Positions 6,687-16,611 of a stretch of 55,495 bases of DNA are shown one piece after another. The position numbers were made by a program, and so were the translations under genes. Each line of letters starts with the position of its first letter. Position 1 is the first letter of the stretch. The DNA lies in IMG/VR virus record IMGVR_UViG_3300043449_001017, positions 1 through 55,495 of that record; one strand, 5' to 3'. The DNA comes from a virus. Its lineage: Duplodnaviria > Caudoviricetes. Under the pieces are notes generated by a model. The model did no database searches, was not told the DNA's origin, and saw nothing but the letters and a program-made list of their open reading frames with translations.

Positions 6687-6977
6687 TCAGCGCACCCGGA
6701 CACAGATCAGGCGACTGGACGGTTCACCCTCGGCCCGCTCGACGTGGCGCACCGAGAACTTCCAGTCCAGGTGCCGGCGTTCGGCCCAGCCGCTTCCGCA
6801 CAGGCGAATGCCGTCAGCCCTCCGATGGCCCACCGCGTTGACGAAGAAGTAGTCGCCGACCTCCATGGCTGCAAAGGGGTACTTGGTGGAGCCGTGAAGG
6901 TCGGTGGAGAACGGGTCGATAAGCGAGTGCTCGCGACCAGGGGGAAGGCTCAACATCGAACGCAGTAAGACCAGCAC
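6687..6977 (-). CDS. Small phage protein, probably DNA-binding
   Basis: KYPFAAMEVGDYFFV...FSVR motif. The start is uncertain. Confidence 0.6.
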   Translation of the reverse strand: MLVLLRSMLSLPPGREHSLIDPFSTDLHGSTKYPFAAMEVGDYFFVNAVGHRRADGIRLCGSGWAERRHLDWKFSVRHVERAEGEPSSRLICVRVR

Positions 6978-7007
6978 AGACGCTAAGACAGGCAGGCCCC
7001 AGGAGGC

Positions 7008-7252
7008 TGTAACGCCCTGTAACGCGGACCGTTACAGCCAAATCCCAGTCAGGGCCTGGCTTGTAACGTAGTAACCTTTGTAACAAGAAATTTATTTTAT
7101 TAGGGAGGGGGTTCTGAGAGGGGGTCTGGGGGCTCTGGGGCTAAGAGTCTCTTTAAAAGTTTCTCCTGAGAAAACGTTACACGTTACCGAAACGCCAAAA
7201 CCCAGTCATACCAACGGGTTTCGGCGTAACGGGCACCGTTACTTTGTAACGG
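7008..7252. other. Candidate replication origin
   Basis: About 11 GTAAC/GTTAC pentamers in direct and inverted arrangement around an AT tract (7088-7102), directly downstream of the primase-helicase. Confidence 0.55.
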
Positions 7253-7261
7253 TCGGCGGTC

Positions 7262-9907
7262 TCAACCCATCTCGAGCGTCTCAAGTGGGACCAATGTTGC
7301 GCGAGCCACGCCGCTGCCCTTGAAGCGGATCGAGGCGGTGCTGGCGGTCGCACCAGGCAGCCGGCGGAGGGCCTGACGGAACGCATTTCCGGCCCATGGG
7401 GTGTCTTTGAGTAGCGCCTGCAGGTTGGTGCTGTTGTTGGCGACCGCCAAGTGCCCACCGCCCACCTTGAGCCCGTAGCGGCCCAGGATCGTCTCGATCT
7501 CGTCCGAGGGGTGGTCCCGTCCGGGAATGGCGAAGATCACGCCGCGCTGGGCCATCTGCACCAGCTCGAGCACGCTCATGCGCTTGCCGCCGTCCACCTG
7601 CACGAGGTTCTGGAGGATGTGGTTGAGGCACTTCACCTCATCGGCGTCGGTGGCGTCGACCTCGCGGCTGTCCCAGTCCATCGAGTCGATCCACTGCCCG
7701 GCCATCTCGAGCGTCAGCTCGCCACCACCCCCAGGTTCCAGGCTCCAGGCGCCGGCCAGCAGGGTGCCGTACTGATCGCCAAAACGCTGGCCGAAGCGAC
7801 GGGAAAGGGCGGCTGCGAGCACCTTGCCGTTCTTTCGGATGGCGGGAATCTGCTGGAGAGTTCGTGCCACCAGGCGGCGCCCATTCTCTTCAGTGCAGGC
7901 ATTGAGAATCTGCTGCTCGAACTCATGCCAGTCGTCCTTGGCCATCTCGTCTTTGCGCAGGCTGAGAACGCAAAACCGGTCCAGGTCAGCACGCTGAATC
8001 AGTGCGACGTTGATTGAGCTAACGCAGAACATTGAGCGGATCTCAAATGTGTTCGAGCCGCCCGATGTTGTGCCTTTGTAGATCTTGCCGCCCTCGGAAG
8101 ATGCGATGCGTGCCAGGGCCAGGATGTTCTGAACGGTCTGCTTGTCCTTCTGCTCGTTCTGCTCGAGTTCGTCGAACACGACGGGAATGGCATCGGAGCG
8201 CAGCTGGCCGCGTAGGCCGGCCTCGGTGGTGCCGCCTGTGGCGCCCTCGAACATGCCTCCCAGAAGTGGCTTGATGAAGGAGCGCAGGATGGTGGTCTTG
8301 CCGGTGCCGGCACCGCCGGTGATCCAGATGTGCGGCCGCCAGTCGAGGGCGCCGCAGACGGGGGCCAGCACGATCCAGCCGAGCAGCAGGTGAGCGGATG
8401 CGGGTGTCTCCCAGCGGAAGCGCTCAGCGATGCTGCAGATTGATGTCGCCAGGTCGTCAGCGAGAGCATCGTGGCCGGGTCCGTCGATGGCTTTGGCGTT
8501 CTCGTAGAAGTAAAGGCTCGAGAATTTACGGGGCAGCTTGGTGATGGGGTGGGAGTGCCCGTTGATCACGAGGCGGTTGCCGAGGTGCAGGATCACCCGG
8601 CTGGCATCGGCCCAGGCACCACGGCCACGCACACGAGACGGGTCGTAGACGCCCTGGGCAATGCAGGCGCCCATGATTGCGTTCTGAGCCGAGTCCCAGT
8701 CGATGCGATTGCCCTGGGCATTGCTGAAGCCGGTGGCCCACCACTCGAGGGGTGCCAGCTGCAGGAAGTGGGACTTGGTGTGCTGAGCGGCGGTGAGAGG
8801 GATGACCTGACAGGCGTTCTTTGGCAGGTAGTAGTAGATCCCGTGATCGAAGCCGAGGGGGCGAAATGGGAGGGAATCGGCGGGGCCTGGAGCGGTAGCA
8901 GGATCCTCGAGATCGGGGTCCTCGACTGGAGTTTCAGCAGGTCCAGGAGCAATGTCTGCAGCGGGTGCGGGGGGCAAGTTGCGCAGGGCTGGCGGGCCGG
9001 GAAGGATGCGCCGTGGTGCGCGATAGCCGTGCTCCTTGGCCCAGTACCAGAAGGTGCCAGCGGTGATGTCTGCGCCACCAGAGCGGGCGACCTGATCGAT
9101 GCCACCCCACTGAGGGCTGTGCGAGGCCATCATCGAGATGGCGGTGTCGGCCGAGCCGCCGGCCTCCTCGCAGGCCTTGACCAGGCCCCAGAGGATGTTG
9201 CGGTAGATCGGATAGGTGTTGCCGCCAGGCACTCGAGGCGGGATCGCCTGCAGCGCCCGTTGCACCTCGTCGAGTCCCTGGGCTTCGTAATCAGTGAAGG
9301 TGCGGGCCTGCTCGTGCCGGGTGTCGACCACCGGCGCAGGAATGCACGATGTGATCACATCGGCGGTGTAGCGGTGACCGGTGCGATTGACGATTTTGGC
9401 GATTTCGCCGGTCTCGGGGTGCGGGGTGCCAGGGAGCCGCATGACGCGAGAGGGGTTCTTAAGCGCCCGGTCAGCGTCGGCGTAATTGAGCAGGCTGGTC
9501 TGGATGGTCTTCCACGCTTCAGGCGCCAGCGGCTCGGTGAGCACCCAGTAGGAGTGGATGGACTTGCCGCCCGTGTCGACCTGGATGGTGGGCTCGGGGA
9601 GGCCGAGTTGCTGCCATGCGGTGAGCTGCCAGTCCTTGGGCTTGTCGTCCCATTCGACAAAGAAGGCAATGCAATCGGTGATGTCGGTGTCTTTGTCGCC
9701 CCCGTTGTTGACGACGACGTAGACGCCCCGGCGATCGGCGGCCCATTCCTCGACAAGCGCCTTGGTGGGTTCACCCTTGGCACCGTGATCGTTGGCCTTG
9801 CGCGGGTCGGTCTTGGCGTAGAAGGCACGCAGGCGAATAGAGCCCTTGGGTTTTCCCAGGGCTGCCAGGAATTCACGGGCGACAGCAAAGTCAGGAGATA
9901 GGCTCAT
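7262..9907 (-). CDS. Primase-helicase (RepB-like primase, PriCT-like domain, P-loop helicase)
   Basis: FFVEWDD, TGGKSIHSYW and NPSRVMRLPGT primase motifs. GGAGTGKT Walker A and VVFDE Walker B. Confidence 0.85.
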   Translation of the reverse strand: MSLSPDFAVAREFLAALGKPKGSIRLRAFYAKTDPRKANDHGAKGEPTKALVEEWAADRRGVYVVVNNGGDKDTDITDCIAFFVEWDDKPKDWQLTAWQQLGLPEPTIQVDTGGKSIHSYWVLTEPLAPEAWKTIQTSLLNYADADRALKNPSRVMRLPGTPHPETGEIAKIVNRTGHRYTADVITSCIPAPVVDTRHEQARTFTDYEAQGLDEVQRALQAIPPRVPGGNTYPIYRNILWGLVKACEEAGGSADTAISMMASHSPQWGGIDQVARSGGADITAGTFWYWAKEHGYRAPRRILPGPPALRNLPPAPAADIAPGPAETPVEDPDLEDPATAPGPADSLPFRPLGFDHGIYYYLPKNACQVIPLTAAQHTKSHFLQLAPLEWWATGFSNAQGNRIDWDSAQNAIMGACIAQGVYDPSRVRGRGAWADASRVILHLGNRLVINGHSHPITKLPRKFSSLYFYENAKAIDGPGHDALADDLATSICSIAERFRWETPASAHLLLGWIVLAPVCGALDWRPHIWITGGAGTGKTTILRSFIKPLLGGMFEGATGGTTEAGLRGQLRSDAIPVVFDELEQNEQKDKQTVQNILALARIASSEGGKIYKGTTSGGSNTFEIRSMFCVSSINVALIQRADLDRFCVLSLRKDEMAKDDWHEFEQQILNACTEENGRRLVARTLQQIPAIRKNGKVLAAALSRRFGQRFGDQYGTLLAGAWSLEPGGGGELTLEMAGQWIDSMDWDSREVDATDADEVKCLNHILQNLVQVDGGKRMSVLELVQMAQRGVIFAIPGRDHPSDEIETILGRYGLKVGGGHLAVANNSTNLQALLKDTPWAGNAFRQALRRLPGATASTASIRFKGSGVARATLVPLETLEMG

Positions 9908-10029
9908 TAGGTCTCTGCAGGGAAGGGGACTGGGTCTGCGGCTCCCCACGCAGGCCCACACATTTCAGTTCGTCAGAGGTTGGTTCTGGGAACCACTCGA
10001 CGAGCTTGTCGAAGAATCGTTGCAGGGGC

Positions 10030-10401
10030 TCAGACACCTCGGAAGGGCTCTGTTGCGATTCGTAACGCTTCATCGATGGAGCGGACGATGCCGGCGAGGC
10101 CACCGGCTGCTCGTATGTGCTCAATGAACCGCCTCTGTTCAGGTGTGGCGCGGCCTGTGGCGGTTTTGATCTCGATGGCAGTGAAGATCGCGACCTTCCG
10201 TCCGACCATTTCGGGCGTGATGGTGATGGTGCGGTAGCCGAGGAGATCCGACCCGCCGGGGGAGGCAACGCCGAACTGAACCCAGCGACCGGTGCGCGGG
10301 TCTGGGAGCTTGCCGGAGTTGTTTCGCCAGGCGCGGAAGCCGGGAAGAGTGCCAACTGCGAGACGGATCCGTTGCTGGAGTTCCGTCTCTTGATTGGCCA
10401 T
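10030..10401 (-). CDS. VRR-NUC family nuclease
   Basis: GGSDLLG...AIEIKT..GR...EQ..F motif. Confidence 0.9.
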   Translation of the reverse strand: MANQETELQQRIRLAVGTLPGFRAWRNNSGKLPDPRTGRWVQFGVASPGGSDLLGYRTITITPEMVGRKVAIFTAIEIKTATGRATPEQRRFIEHIRAAGGLAGIVRSIDEALRIATEPFRGV

Positions 10402-10426
10402 GGATCTGGGCAGTTGCTGGCCTCCA

Positions 10427-11797
10427 TCATGCAGCCGTCCGCCGCTGGCGTGCTGCCAGGACGTGCCGGGCCCAGCCCTCGGGGTGCTTCATGCCCCTAC
10501 GGCGACCAACCTCGATCAGCTGCTGCAGGCTTTGGGCCTGGCCCTGCTCCTTGCGGTGCTGCTTGCGGCGCAGCTCCTCGGGGTCGACTTCAACCAGCTC
10601 GCCGTCGACCTGCTCGGGGCCCCGTACTACCGCGTCGCGTTGGTACTCGTGACCACAGCAGGGACAGACAGGAGCAGGCGGGTGGCAGGCGTAGCACTCC
10701 GGGCATTCGCGCACCGGTGGCGCCTGGGTGCCGGCACGCTTGGGTTTGGCGTCGAGGGTCCACTCACGAGGATCCTGCGGCAGGCCATGGGTGAACACGC
10801 AGGAAGCATGGTCGAGCACGATGAGATCGGGCTTACCGGGTGCGGTGCGCAGCCCCCGGCCGACCGACTGCAAGTACATCGTGAGCGACTTGGTGGGGCG
10901 CAGCAGGATGACGCAGCCGATCTCAGGGCAGTCGACACCAGCGACCCAGAGGGCGCAATTGCAGACGATGTCGATGGTGCCCTGGCGCAGGCCGGTCAGC
11001 GCCTGGGTGCGCTCTTCACGGGTGGAGTCGCCGGAGATGGCAACAGCGCGGTAGCCGGCTGCAGCAAAGGCAGAAGCGGTGTGCTCTGCGTGTTTGATGT
11101 TGACGCAGAAGGCAACTGCCCGGCGACCGTGGGCGTATTTGCGGTAGTGAGCAACGGCGTCTCCGATGATGGATGGCCGATCAACGGCCTCGGCCAGCTG
11201 GTCTAGCGCGAAGTCGCCACCGCGAGAGCGGATGTTGGCGAGATCGGGCTTGGTGGGCGCGTAGTAGCGGATGGGCGCCAGCAGGCCCTCGGCGATCAGG
11301 TCGGCGGTGGAGCAGGTGGGGATGATGGTGTCGAACAGCTCGCCCAGGCCACGGCCATCCAGTCGGCAGGGTGTGCCGGTGAGGCCGAGTATTGGCGGAT
11401 TGCCGGCGGCAGCCAATACCTGGCGATAGGTGTCCGCGACGGCTAGGTGGCACTCGTCGATGATGATCAGGCCGGGCTTGCGCACCACCGGCCGGCGGAC
11501 AGCGGTCTGCACCGACACCACCTGCACCGGCTGGTACGGGTTGCGGGGCATGCCGGCCATGATGAAGCCGTGGGGGATGTCGGCAGCTGCGAGGCGGCGA
11601 GCGGTGTCATCGAGGATCTCGCGCAGGTGGGCGAGGAACCAGACATCGTTGCCGCGCTCGATGGCGGATTTGATGATTTCGGCAGCGGTGTGGGTCTTGC
11701 CGAAGCCAGTGGCGGCGCACAGCAACGGCGCACGGAAACCAGCCCGATAGGCGGCCCGCACGTCCTGAATAGCTTTCTGTTGACGGGGTCTGAGCAT
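10427..11797 (-). CDS. SF2 DEAD/DEAH-box helicase with C-terminal Zn finger
   Basis: ATGFGKT, DECH, TGTP, QSVGRGLR and CPEC..CPCC. Confidence 0.92.
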   Translation of the reverse strand: MLRPRQQKAIQDVRAAYRAGFRAPLLCAATGFGKTHTAAEIIKSAIERGNDVWFLAHLREILDDTARRLAAADIPHGFIMAGMPRNPYQPVQVVSVQTAVRRPVVRKPGLIIIDECHLAVADTYRQVLAAAGNPPILGLTGTPCRLDGRGLGELFDTIIPTCSTADLIAEGLLAPIRYYAPTKPDLANIRSRGGDFALDQLAEAVDRPSIIGDAVAHYRKYAHGRRAVAFCVNIKHAEHTASAFAAAGYRAVAISGDSTREERTQALTGLRQGTIDIVCNCALWVAGVDCPEIGCVILLRPTKSLTMYLQSVGRGLRTAPGKPDLIVLDHASCVFTHGLPQDPREWTLDAKPKRAGTQAPPVRECPECYACHPPAPVCPCCGHEYQRDAVVRGPEQVDGELVEVDPEELRRKQHRKEQGQAQSLQQLIEVGRRRGMKHPEGWARHVLAARQRRTAA

Positions 11798-11949
11798 GGT
11801 CTTGACCGCAGTGGTCAGCAATGGATAGATCGAAAAACCGAGCAATCATAAGCACTTAACCGGGACGTTCCGTGAAGTGCGAAGAAACATGACAGGAGAA
11901 CAGGAAGGTGCGTGAACTAGCGGTAAGCTTGCGTCCACAAGCACCACAG

Positions 11950-12777
11950 ATGCCTATGGGGCTCACCAACGCCGAGTACCACGCACACCCGGCGGTCTCT
12001 AAAAGCGGACTGGATTTGGTGCGGCGTTCGCCGCTGCACTACTGGAACCGCTACCTCAATCCCAACAGGGTGATTGAGCCGCCGACACCAGCGATGGTGC
12101 TGGGTTCGGCCTTGCATGCACGGGTGCTCGAGCCCCACGTCTACGACGACGAGTACATCGTGGCGCCGGAGGGGATCGACCGCCGCACCAAGGAGGGCAA
12201 GCTCCGATGGGCAGACTTCGAGGCAGAGTCAGAGGGCAGGATCGCGCTCAAGGCCGAGGATGCTGCCCATATTGAGGGCATGGCAGCAGCGGTGCATGCT
12301 CACCCTGCGGCTAGCGCCATCCTGCGGCTGCCAGGCAAGTGCGAGCAGTCCTACTTCTGGACCGACCCTGAGACTGGCATCGAATGCAAGTGCCGGCCTG
12401 ACTGGCATAGTGACGACCGCCGACTGATTGCCGATGTAAAGACCACCGAGGACGCCAGCCCTTCTGGCTTTAGCAGATCCGTCATCAAGTATCGGTATTA
12501 CGTTCAGGCTGCGTTTTACCAGCAGGGAATCACTGCCGAGCAGTTTGTATTTTTGGCAGTCGAGAAAAAGCCTCCGTATGCAGTTGGCGTGTACGTCACG
12601 CCACTCCCTGCCATCGAGCGCGGATTCCGAGATGCCATGGAGGATCTGCGACGGATCGCCACATGCAGGGCTGCGAATGAGTGGCCGGCCTATGGCGACG
12701 AGATCCAGTCCCTGCGACTTCCGTCATGGTTCAGTGATGAATCAGACGAGCCAACTCATGAAATTGAAGGTTTCTAA
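11950..12777 (+). CDS. RecE/exonuclease VIII-like PD-(D/E)XK nuclease
   Basis: YHAHPAVSKSGL, GSALHA..LEP, KCRPDW, DVKTT and Y..QAAFY. Confidence 0.88.
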   Translation: MPMGLTNAEYHAHPAVSKSGLDLVRRSPLHYWNRYLNPNRVIEPPTPAMVLGSALHARVLEPHVYDDEYIVAPEGIDRRTKEGKLRWADFEAESEGRIALKAEDAAHIEGMAAAVHAHPAASAILRLPGKCEQSYFWTDPETGIECKCRPDWHSDDRRLIADVKTTEDASPSGFSRSVIKYRYYVQAAFYQQGITAEQFVFLAVEKKPPYAVGVYVTPLPAIERGFRDAMEDLRRIATCRAANEWPAYGDEIQSLRLPSWFSDESDEPTHEIEGF

Positions 12778-13463
12778 TGACCGCATCTGACAATCAGATT
12801 GTTATACAATCAGGCGCCCAAAATCAGGGCAGCCTGACTGCACAATCGGGAGGCGTGTTCGCCGGCATTCAACAGTTCGAGAACGCGCAAAGAATTGCCA
12901 AAGCTTTAGCGTCATCGGCCCTAGTACCAAAGGACTACCAAGGGCAGAGCGGACTCGCGAACGTACTCGTTGCGATGGAGATCGCTGGACGAATGAGTCT
13001 TTCGCCCTTGCAGGTCATGCAGAACCTCCACATTATTCACGGGCGCCCTAGTTGGTCGTCGCAGTTCATCATTGCGATGGTTAACGGCTGTGGGCGATTT
13101 TCCCCGTTGGACTATGAGATGACCGGCGAGGGTGAATCGCTTGCGTGCTATGCCTTTGCCAAAGAGCTAAGCACAGACAAGGTTTTGAAGGGGCCAACCG
13201 TCAGCATGGCGATGGCCAAAAGGGAGGGATGGGCGACAAAGTCAGGATCTAAATGGCAAACCATGCCGGAGCTTATGGTCCGGTATCGCGCCGCAGCGTT
13301 TTGGGGCCGCCTCTATGTCCCTGAGTTCTTGGTTGGCATGAAGACACAAGAAGAAGTGATCGACATTGAACCTGTCGACGTGACTGAACAGCCAACAGTG
13401 GTGAATGAACTGAATCAAATGATTCAGGAAAGTAAGGGACAGTCGGATGACGCAGTCTGGTAA
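12777..13463 (+). CDS. RecT/Red-beta-like single-strand annealing protein
   Basis: SALVPKDYQG, PLQVMQNL.IIHGRPSWSS and KWQTMPELM.RYRAA. Coupled to the RecE-like gene. Confidence 0.75.
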   Translation: MTASDNQIVIQSGAQNQGSLTAQSGGVFAGIQQFENAQRIAKALASSALVPKDYQGQSGLANVLVAMEIAGRMSLSPLQVMQNLHIIHGRPSWSSQFIIAMVNGCGRFSPLDYEMTGEGESLACYAFAKELSTDKVLKGPTVSMAMAKREGWATKSGSKWQTMPELMVRYRAAAFWGRLYVPEFLVGMKTQEEVIDIEPVDVTEQPTVVNELNQMIQESKGQSDDAVW

Positions 13464-13662
13464 TTACTTGACGCCACAGGAGCTGGCGCAACGCTGGCGT
13501 AATGTGGTGTCCCTCTCGACCCTGGACAACTGGCGCAGCCAGCAGAAGGGGCCGAGATGGTTCAAAGCCGGAGGACGGGTGCTTTACCCGTTCAACGAGG
13601 TCATCCAATTCGAGCAGCGCAACATGCGCGGCTTCCCCAACACCCCCAATACCGAGCGATGA
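13447..13662 (+). CDS. Excisionase-like HTH protein
   Basis: YLTPQELAQRW..VSLSTLDNWR...GP..FK.GGRVLY. Confidence 0.8.
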   Translation: MTQSGNYLTPQELAQRWRNVVSLSTLDNWRSQQKGPRWFKAGGRVLYPFNEVIQFEQRNMRGFPNTPNTER

Positions 13663-13910
13663 ATCGCATCACTGCAGAAGAGGCACTGGCGCAGGTGGGC
13701 CGCCGCTCGAAGGCGAGCCCGCTGCGCAGTGAGATCCTCGACCTTGAACCTGGTGAGGCCATTGAAATTGGCTTCAACGAGTTCAAGCCGAGCACGATCA
13801 CGCAGATCGCCGGCAACCTCAGCCGCCGCCAATTGAGTCGTAAGTTCTCGGTGCGCAAGCGCCGGGACGGACTCGGCTGCTTTGTGATCTGCACCGCCAA
13901 AACTAACTGA
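13659..13910 (+). CDS. Small phage protein, probably DNA-binding
   Basis: 83 aa from MNRIT with an ATGA overlap. LEPGEAI...FSVRK resembles 6687-6977. Confidence 0.6.
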   Translation: MNRITAEEALAQVGRRSKASPLRSEILDLEPGEAIEIGFNEFKPSTITQIAGNLSRRQLSRKFSVRKRRDGLGCFVICTAKTN

Positions 13911-13918
13911 GATCAACC

Positions 13919-14398
13919 ATGTTTAACGGAACCCTTACCGGCAACATCGGCCGCGACCCTGACTTCAGCACCACTCAAACCGGGCAGATGGTGTCGAAGT
14001 TTTCGGTGGCGGTCCGCCAGCCGAAGAAGCAGGGCCAGGACCAGCCCGCTTTCTGGGTGAAGGTGGAATGCTGGGGCAAGACGGCCGAGTACGCAGCCAA
14101 CTACCTAAAGAAGGGCAACTCGGTGTGCGTGACCGGCCAGGTGTCGGAGGAAAGCTGGAACGACAAGACCACCGGCGAGCTGAAAAAGGCCGTGGTGATC
14201 CGCAACGCCAACATCGAGAGCTGGCAGTCTCGTGATGATGGCGGCCAGCAGCAGCCTGTGACCCAGCAGTCCTATGCGCAGGCCAGTCAGCGCATGGCAC
14301 CTCCCGTTCAGCAGCAACAGGTGATCAACACCGCTGCGCAGACTGTGGCGCAGAACTTCGGCGGCCAGGTGATCGACGACGGGGATATTCCGTTCTGA
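13919..14398 (+). CDS. ssb: Single-stranded DNA-binding protein
   Basis: LTGNIGRDP, WGKTAE..YLKKG and a DDGDIPF tail. Confidence 0.95.
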   Translation: MFNGTLTGNIGRDPDFSTTQTGQMVSKFSVAVRQPKKQGQDQPAFWVKVECWGKTAEYAANYLKKGNSVCVTGQVSEESWNDKTTGELKKAVVIRNANIESWQSRDDGGQQQPVTQQSYAQASQRMAPPVQQQQVINTAAQTVAQNFGGQVIDDGDIPF

Positions 14399-14435
14399 TC
14401 ATCCACGGGCCCGGCTTCGGTCGGGCCTCGAACCT

Positions 14436-14933
14436 TTGAACCTTGGAGACATGCTGACTTTCAGAAGCCTTGAACTTGATCGCGAAGTAAAAATCGAGGA
14501 GGTCCACGACTTGGACCTCGACGCCTGTCGGCGGCTGCACGTCGAGCTGACGATGGCAGTGCAGGGCGTAGACGACTCGATCAAGGAGGCCTTCCGGCTC
14601 GAGTCTGACGCGAGCGTGCCGTTTGATCGGGACTGGATGCACCGGGCCCGGAAGAAGCGCCGGATCATGCTGTCCTTCGCCACCGAGGCAAAGCGCCGGC
14701 TGCTGAAACTGGAGGGTGTTGACGGCACTGAACTGCGCCAGAAACGCACGCTGCTGGAGGCGCAGCGAAACAAGTTCCTGGGCATGCGCCACGAACAGTT
14801 GCGGACGCTGCTGCGCGAGGAACTGGGCCCTGGTGTGCTCGAGGAGGTCGAAGCAGAAGCTCACGAACTTGCCGAGGCGGAGTTCAGGAGCTGGCTGCAG
14901 GACCACGGCTACGAGCAGCTGTATGTGACGTGA
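14436..14933 (+). CDS. Hypothetical helical protein
   Basis: 165-aa ORF. The likely start is the ATG about 15 nt in. Confidence 0.7.
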   Translation: MNLGDMLTFRSLELDREVKIEEVHDLDLDACRRLHVELTMAVQGVDDSIKEAFRLESDASVPFDRDWMHRARKKRRIMLSFATEAKRRLLKLEGVDGTELRQKRTLLEAQRNKFLGMRHEQLRTLLREELGPGVLEEVEAEAHELAEAEFRSWLQDHGYEQLYVT

Positions 14934-15005
14934 CGAATTGCAACAACAGTCGCCTGCGAGGTCGGCTGGTTGCTTTGATAGGCCAGCCACAACGGAGTTA
15001 CGACC

Positions 15006-15260
15006 TTGCTTGAGTTACTCGCAGCCGCCTCAGCGGGCAGTGTTTTAGGCGCAATTGCGATGGGCAGTCTTGCAAGTCGCGGACTGCGCAGCGACGAGGT
15101 GACCGCGTTCATCGAGATGCAGCTGCAGATCGCATTTCGAGCGGGGTTCATGACGGCAGCGGACATGGTGACCATGAGTGGTCACGATGAGCTGGCCGGT
15201 AAGCTTCGCCGCACGGCCGATGAGGCCCTTGCTAACAACGACAACTTTGCTGATCAATGA
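15006..15260 (+). CDS. Hypothetical protein with N-terminal hydrophobic segment
   Basis: 84 aa, coupled to the next gene. Confidence 0.6.
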   Translation: MLELLAAASAGSVLGAIAMGSLASRGLRSDEVTAFIEMQLQIAFRAGFMTAADMVTMSGHDELAGKLRRTADEALANNDNFADQ

Positions 15261-15487
15261 CTGGAAATTTTGCAGCTCTCACCGTCTGGGATGAAGGGCA
15301 ACACGGCAGCTATGGACCCGGCATCAGCAGGGCAAAGGAAGGCGAGCGCACCAGGCCGTACACGCTGCTGGTACGGCAAAACACCGCACGTCCGATGAAG
15401 GTGACGCTGCAGGCCCGCACCAAGACCGACGCGATCAAGTTCGCCCGCAATCGCTGGCCTGGTGCTGCGGTGGAGGTGGCGGCCTGA
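15257..15487 (+). CDS. Hypothetical protein
   Basis: 76 aa with an ATGA overlap. Confidence 0.65.
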   Translation: MTGNFAALTVWDEGQHGSYGPGISRAKEGERTRPYTLLVRQNTARPMKVTLQARTKTDAIKFARNRWPGAAVEVAA

Positions 15488-15489
15488 GC

Positions 15490-15756
15490 ATGGGCTACTT
15501 CAACTGCAGTACCAGCAAGGAGACCTACTACCTGTCGATGGCTAACCGGCCCAGGCCGGCAAATGCCTCGAGCGTTTACCGGGGCGTCTCACGCAGCACC
15601 GATCCAAAGCTGCCATGGCGGGCGGCGTTGGGCTATCGCGGCGCCCGGTACTACCTGGGCAATCACGCCACAGAGCGTGAGGCGGCGTTGGCCTACAACG
15701 CGGCCGCCCTGCGGATTATTGGCGAACACGCTGTTATCAACGAAATCACCGAATGA
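15490..15756 (+). CDS. AP2-domain DNA-binding protein
   Basis: SSVYRGVS..WRAAL..YLG..TEREAALAYNAAA..IGEHA.IN. Confidence 0.9.
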   Translation: MGYFNCSTSKETYYLSMANRPRPANASSVYRGVSRSTDPKLPWRAALGYRGARYYLGNHATEREAALAYNAAALRIIGEHAVINEITE

Positions 15757-15974
15757 CCAATTCCCAACCAACTCCTAATCCAGTCCCAATTAGGAGTTCG
15801 CTGGTGGAGCGAGTGAGCTGCGCCATTGATGGGCGGATCAACCCTGACCAATGGCTGCACCAAGACGCTGCCCGCGCCGCGATCCGCGAGGTGGCGGCGT
15901 GGATGACCAGCAACCCCGATGTTTACTTTCCACCTGCGCTTGTCTTTGCGCTTGAGCGGGAGGCTGAGCGATGA
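15753..15974 (+). CDS. Hypothetical protein (mosaic cassette)
   Basis: 73 aa. Shares NSxPTPNxxxIRSS with 16117-16611. Confidence 0.65.
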   Translation: MTNSQPTPNPVPIRSSLVERVSCAIDGRINPDQWLHQDAARAAIREVAAWMTSNPDVYFPPALVFALEREAER

Positions 15975-16116
15975 GCACCTTCATTGCAATCCTCGCCTTC
16001 TCGATGCTGTTCCTGTTATTCGCCCTGGTCCTGACGGGCTTCGCCCTTAGCACGTTCAGCTTATGGCTGGACTTGAAGGACCAGCTCCAGGAGCGCCGCA
16101 AGCGGAGGCAAGGGCG

Positions 16117-16611
16117 ATGACACACCCCATCACCCCACCGCCTCCGCACCTGCTCAAGAAGTTCTCGGAACAGGCGAGAGTCAGCAGCCAAAAACGTGGT
16201 ACACCCAACTATCTAAAGACCTTTGCCACCCTTTGCATCGAGTGGGCGATGAACTCCAAGCCAACTCCTAATTCAATCCAAATTAGGAGTTCCGAAATCA
16301 CCCCACCGCCGGAGCTGGTGCAGCAGTGGATGGATGCACCGCATGGGCTTGGCCTTGGCTGCCATCGTGCAAGATCCGTAGCAGATGAAACCTATGCAAA
16401 AAGACTGACCGAGGCCGCCCAATGGGGCGCCGACCAGGAGCTGGAGGCGTGCTGTGAGTGGCTAGATGGTGTTGGCGATCTGACGCTGCAACTCCGCGCC
16501 GCCCGTCGCCCCAAGCCGCCGAGCTTGAAGGAGCAGGCGTTGAAAGCACTGGAAGATGACGACATTGATGTCTACCTAATCCGCCGCGCACTGGAGGCAC
16601 TGCCCGAATGA
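16117..16611 (+). CDS. Hypothetical protein (mosaic cassette)
   Basis: Starts MTHPITPPP, with an internal ITPPP repeat. Confidence 0.65.
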   Translation: MTHPITPPPPHLLKKFSEQARVSSQKRGTPNYLKTFATLCIEWAMNSKPTPNSIQIRSSEITPPPELVQQWMDAPHGLGLGCHRARSVADETYAKRLTEAAQWGADQELEACCEWLDGVGDLTLQLRAARRPKPPSLKEQALKALEDDDIDVYLIRRALEALPE

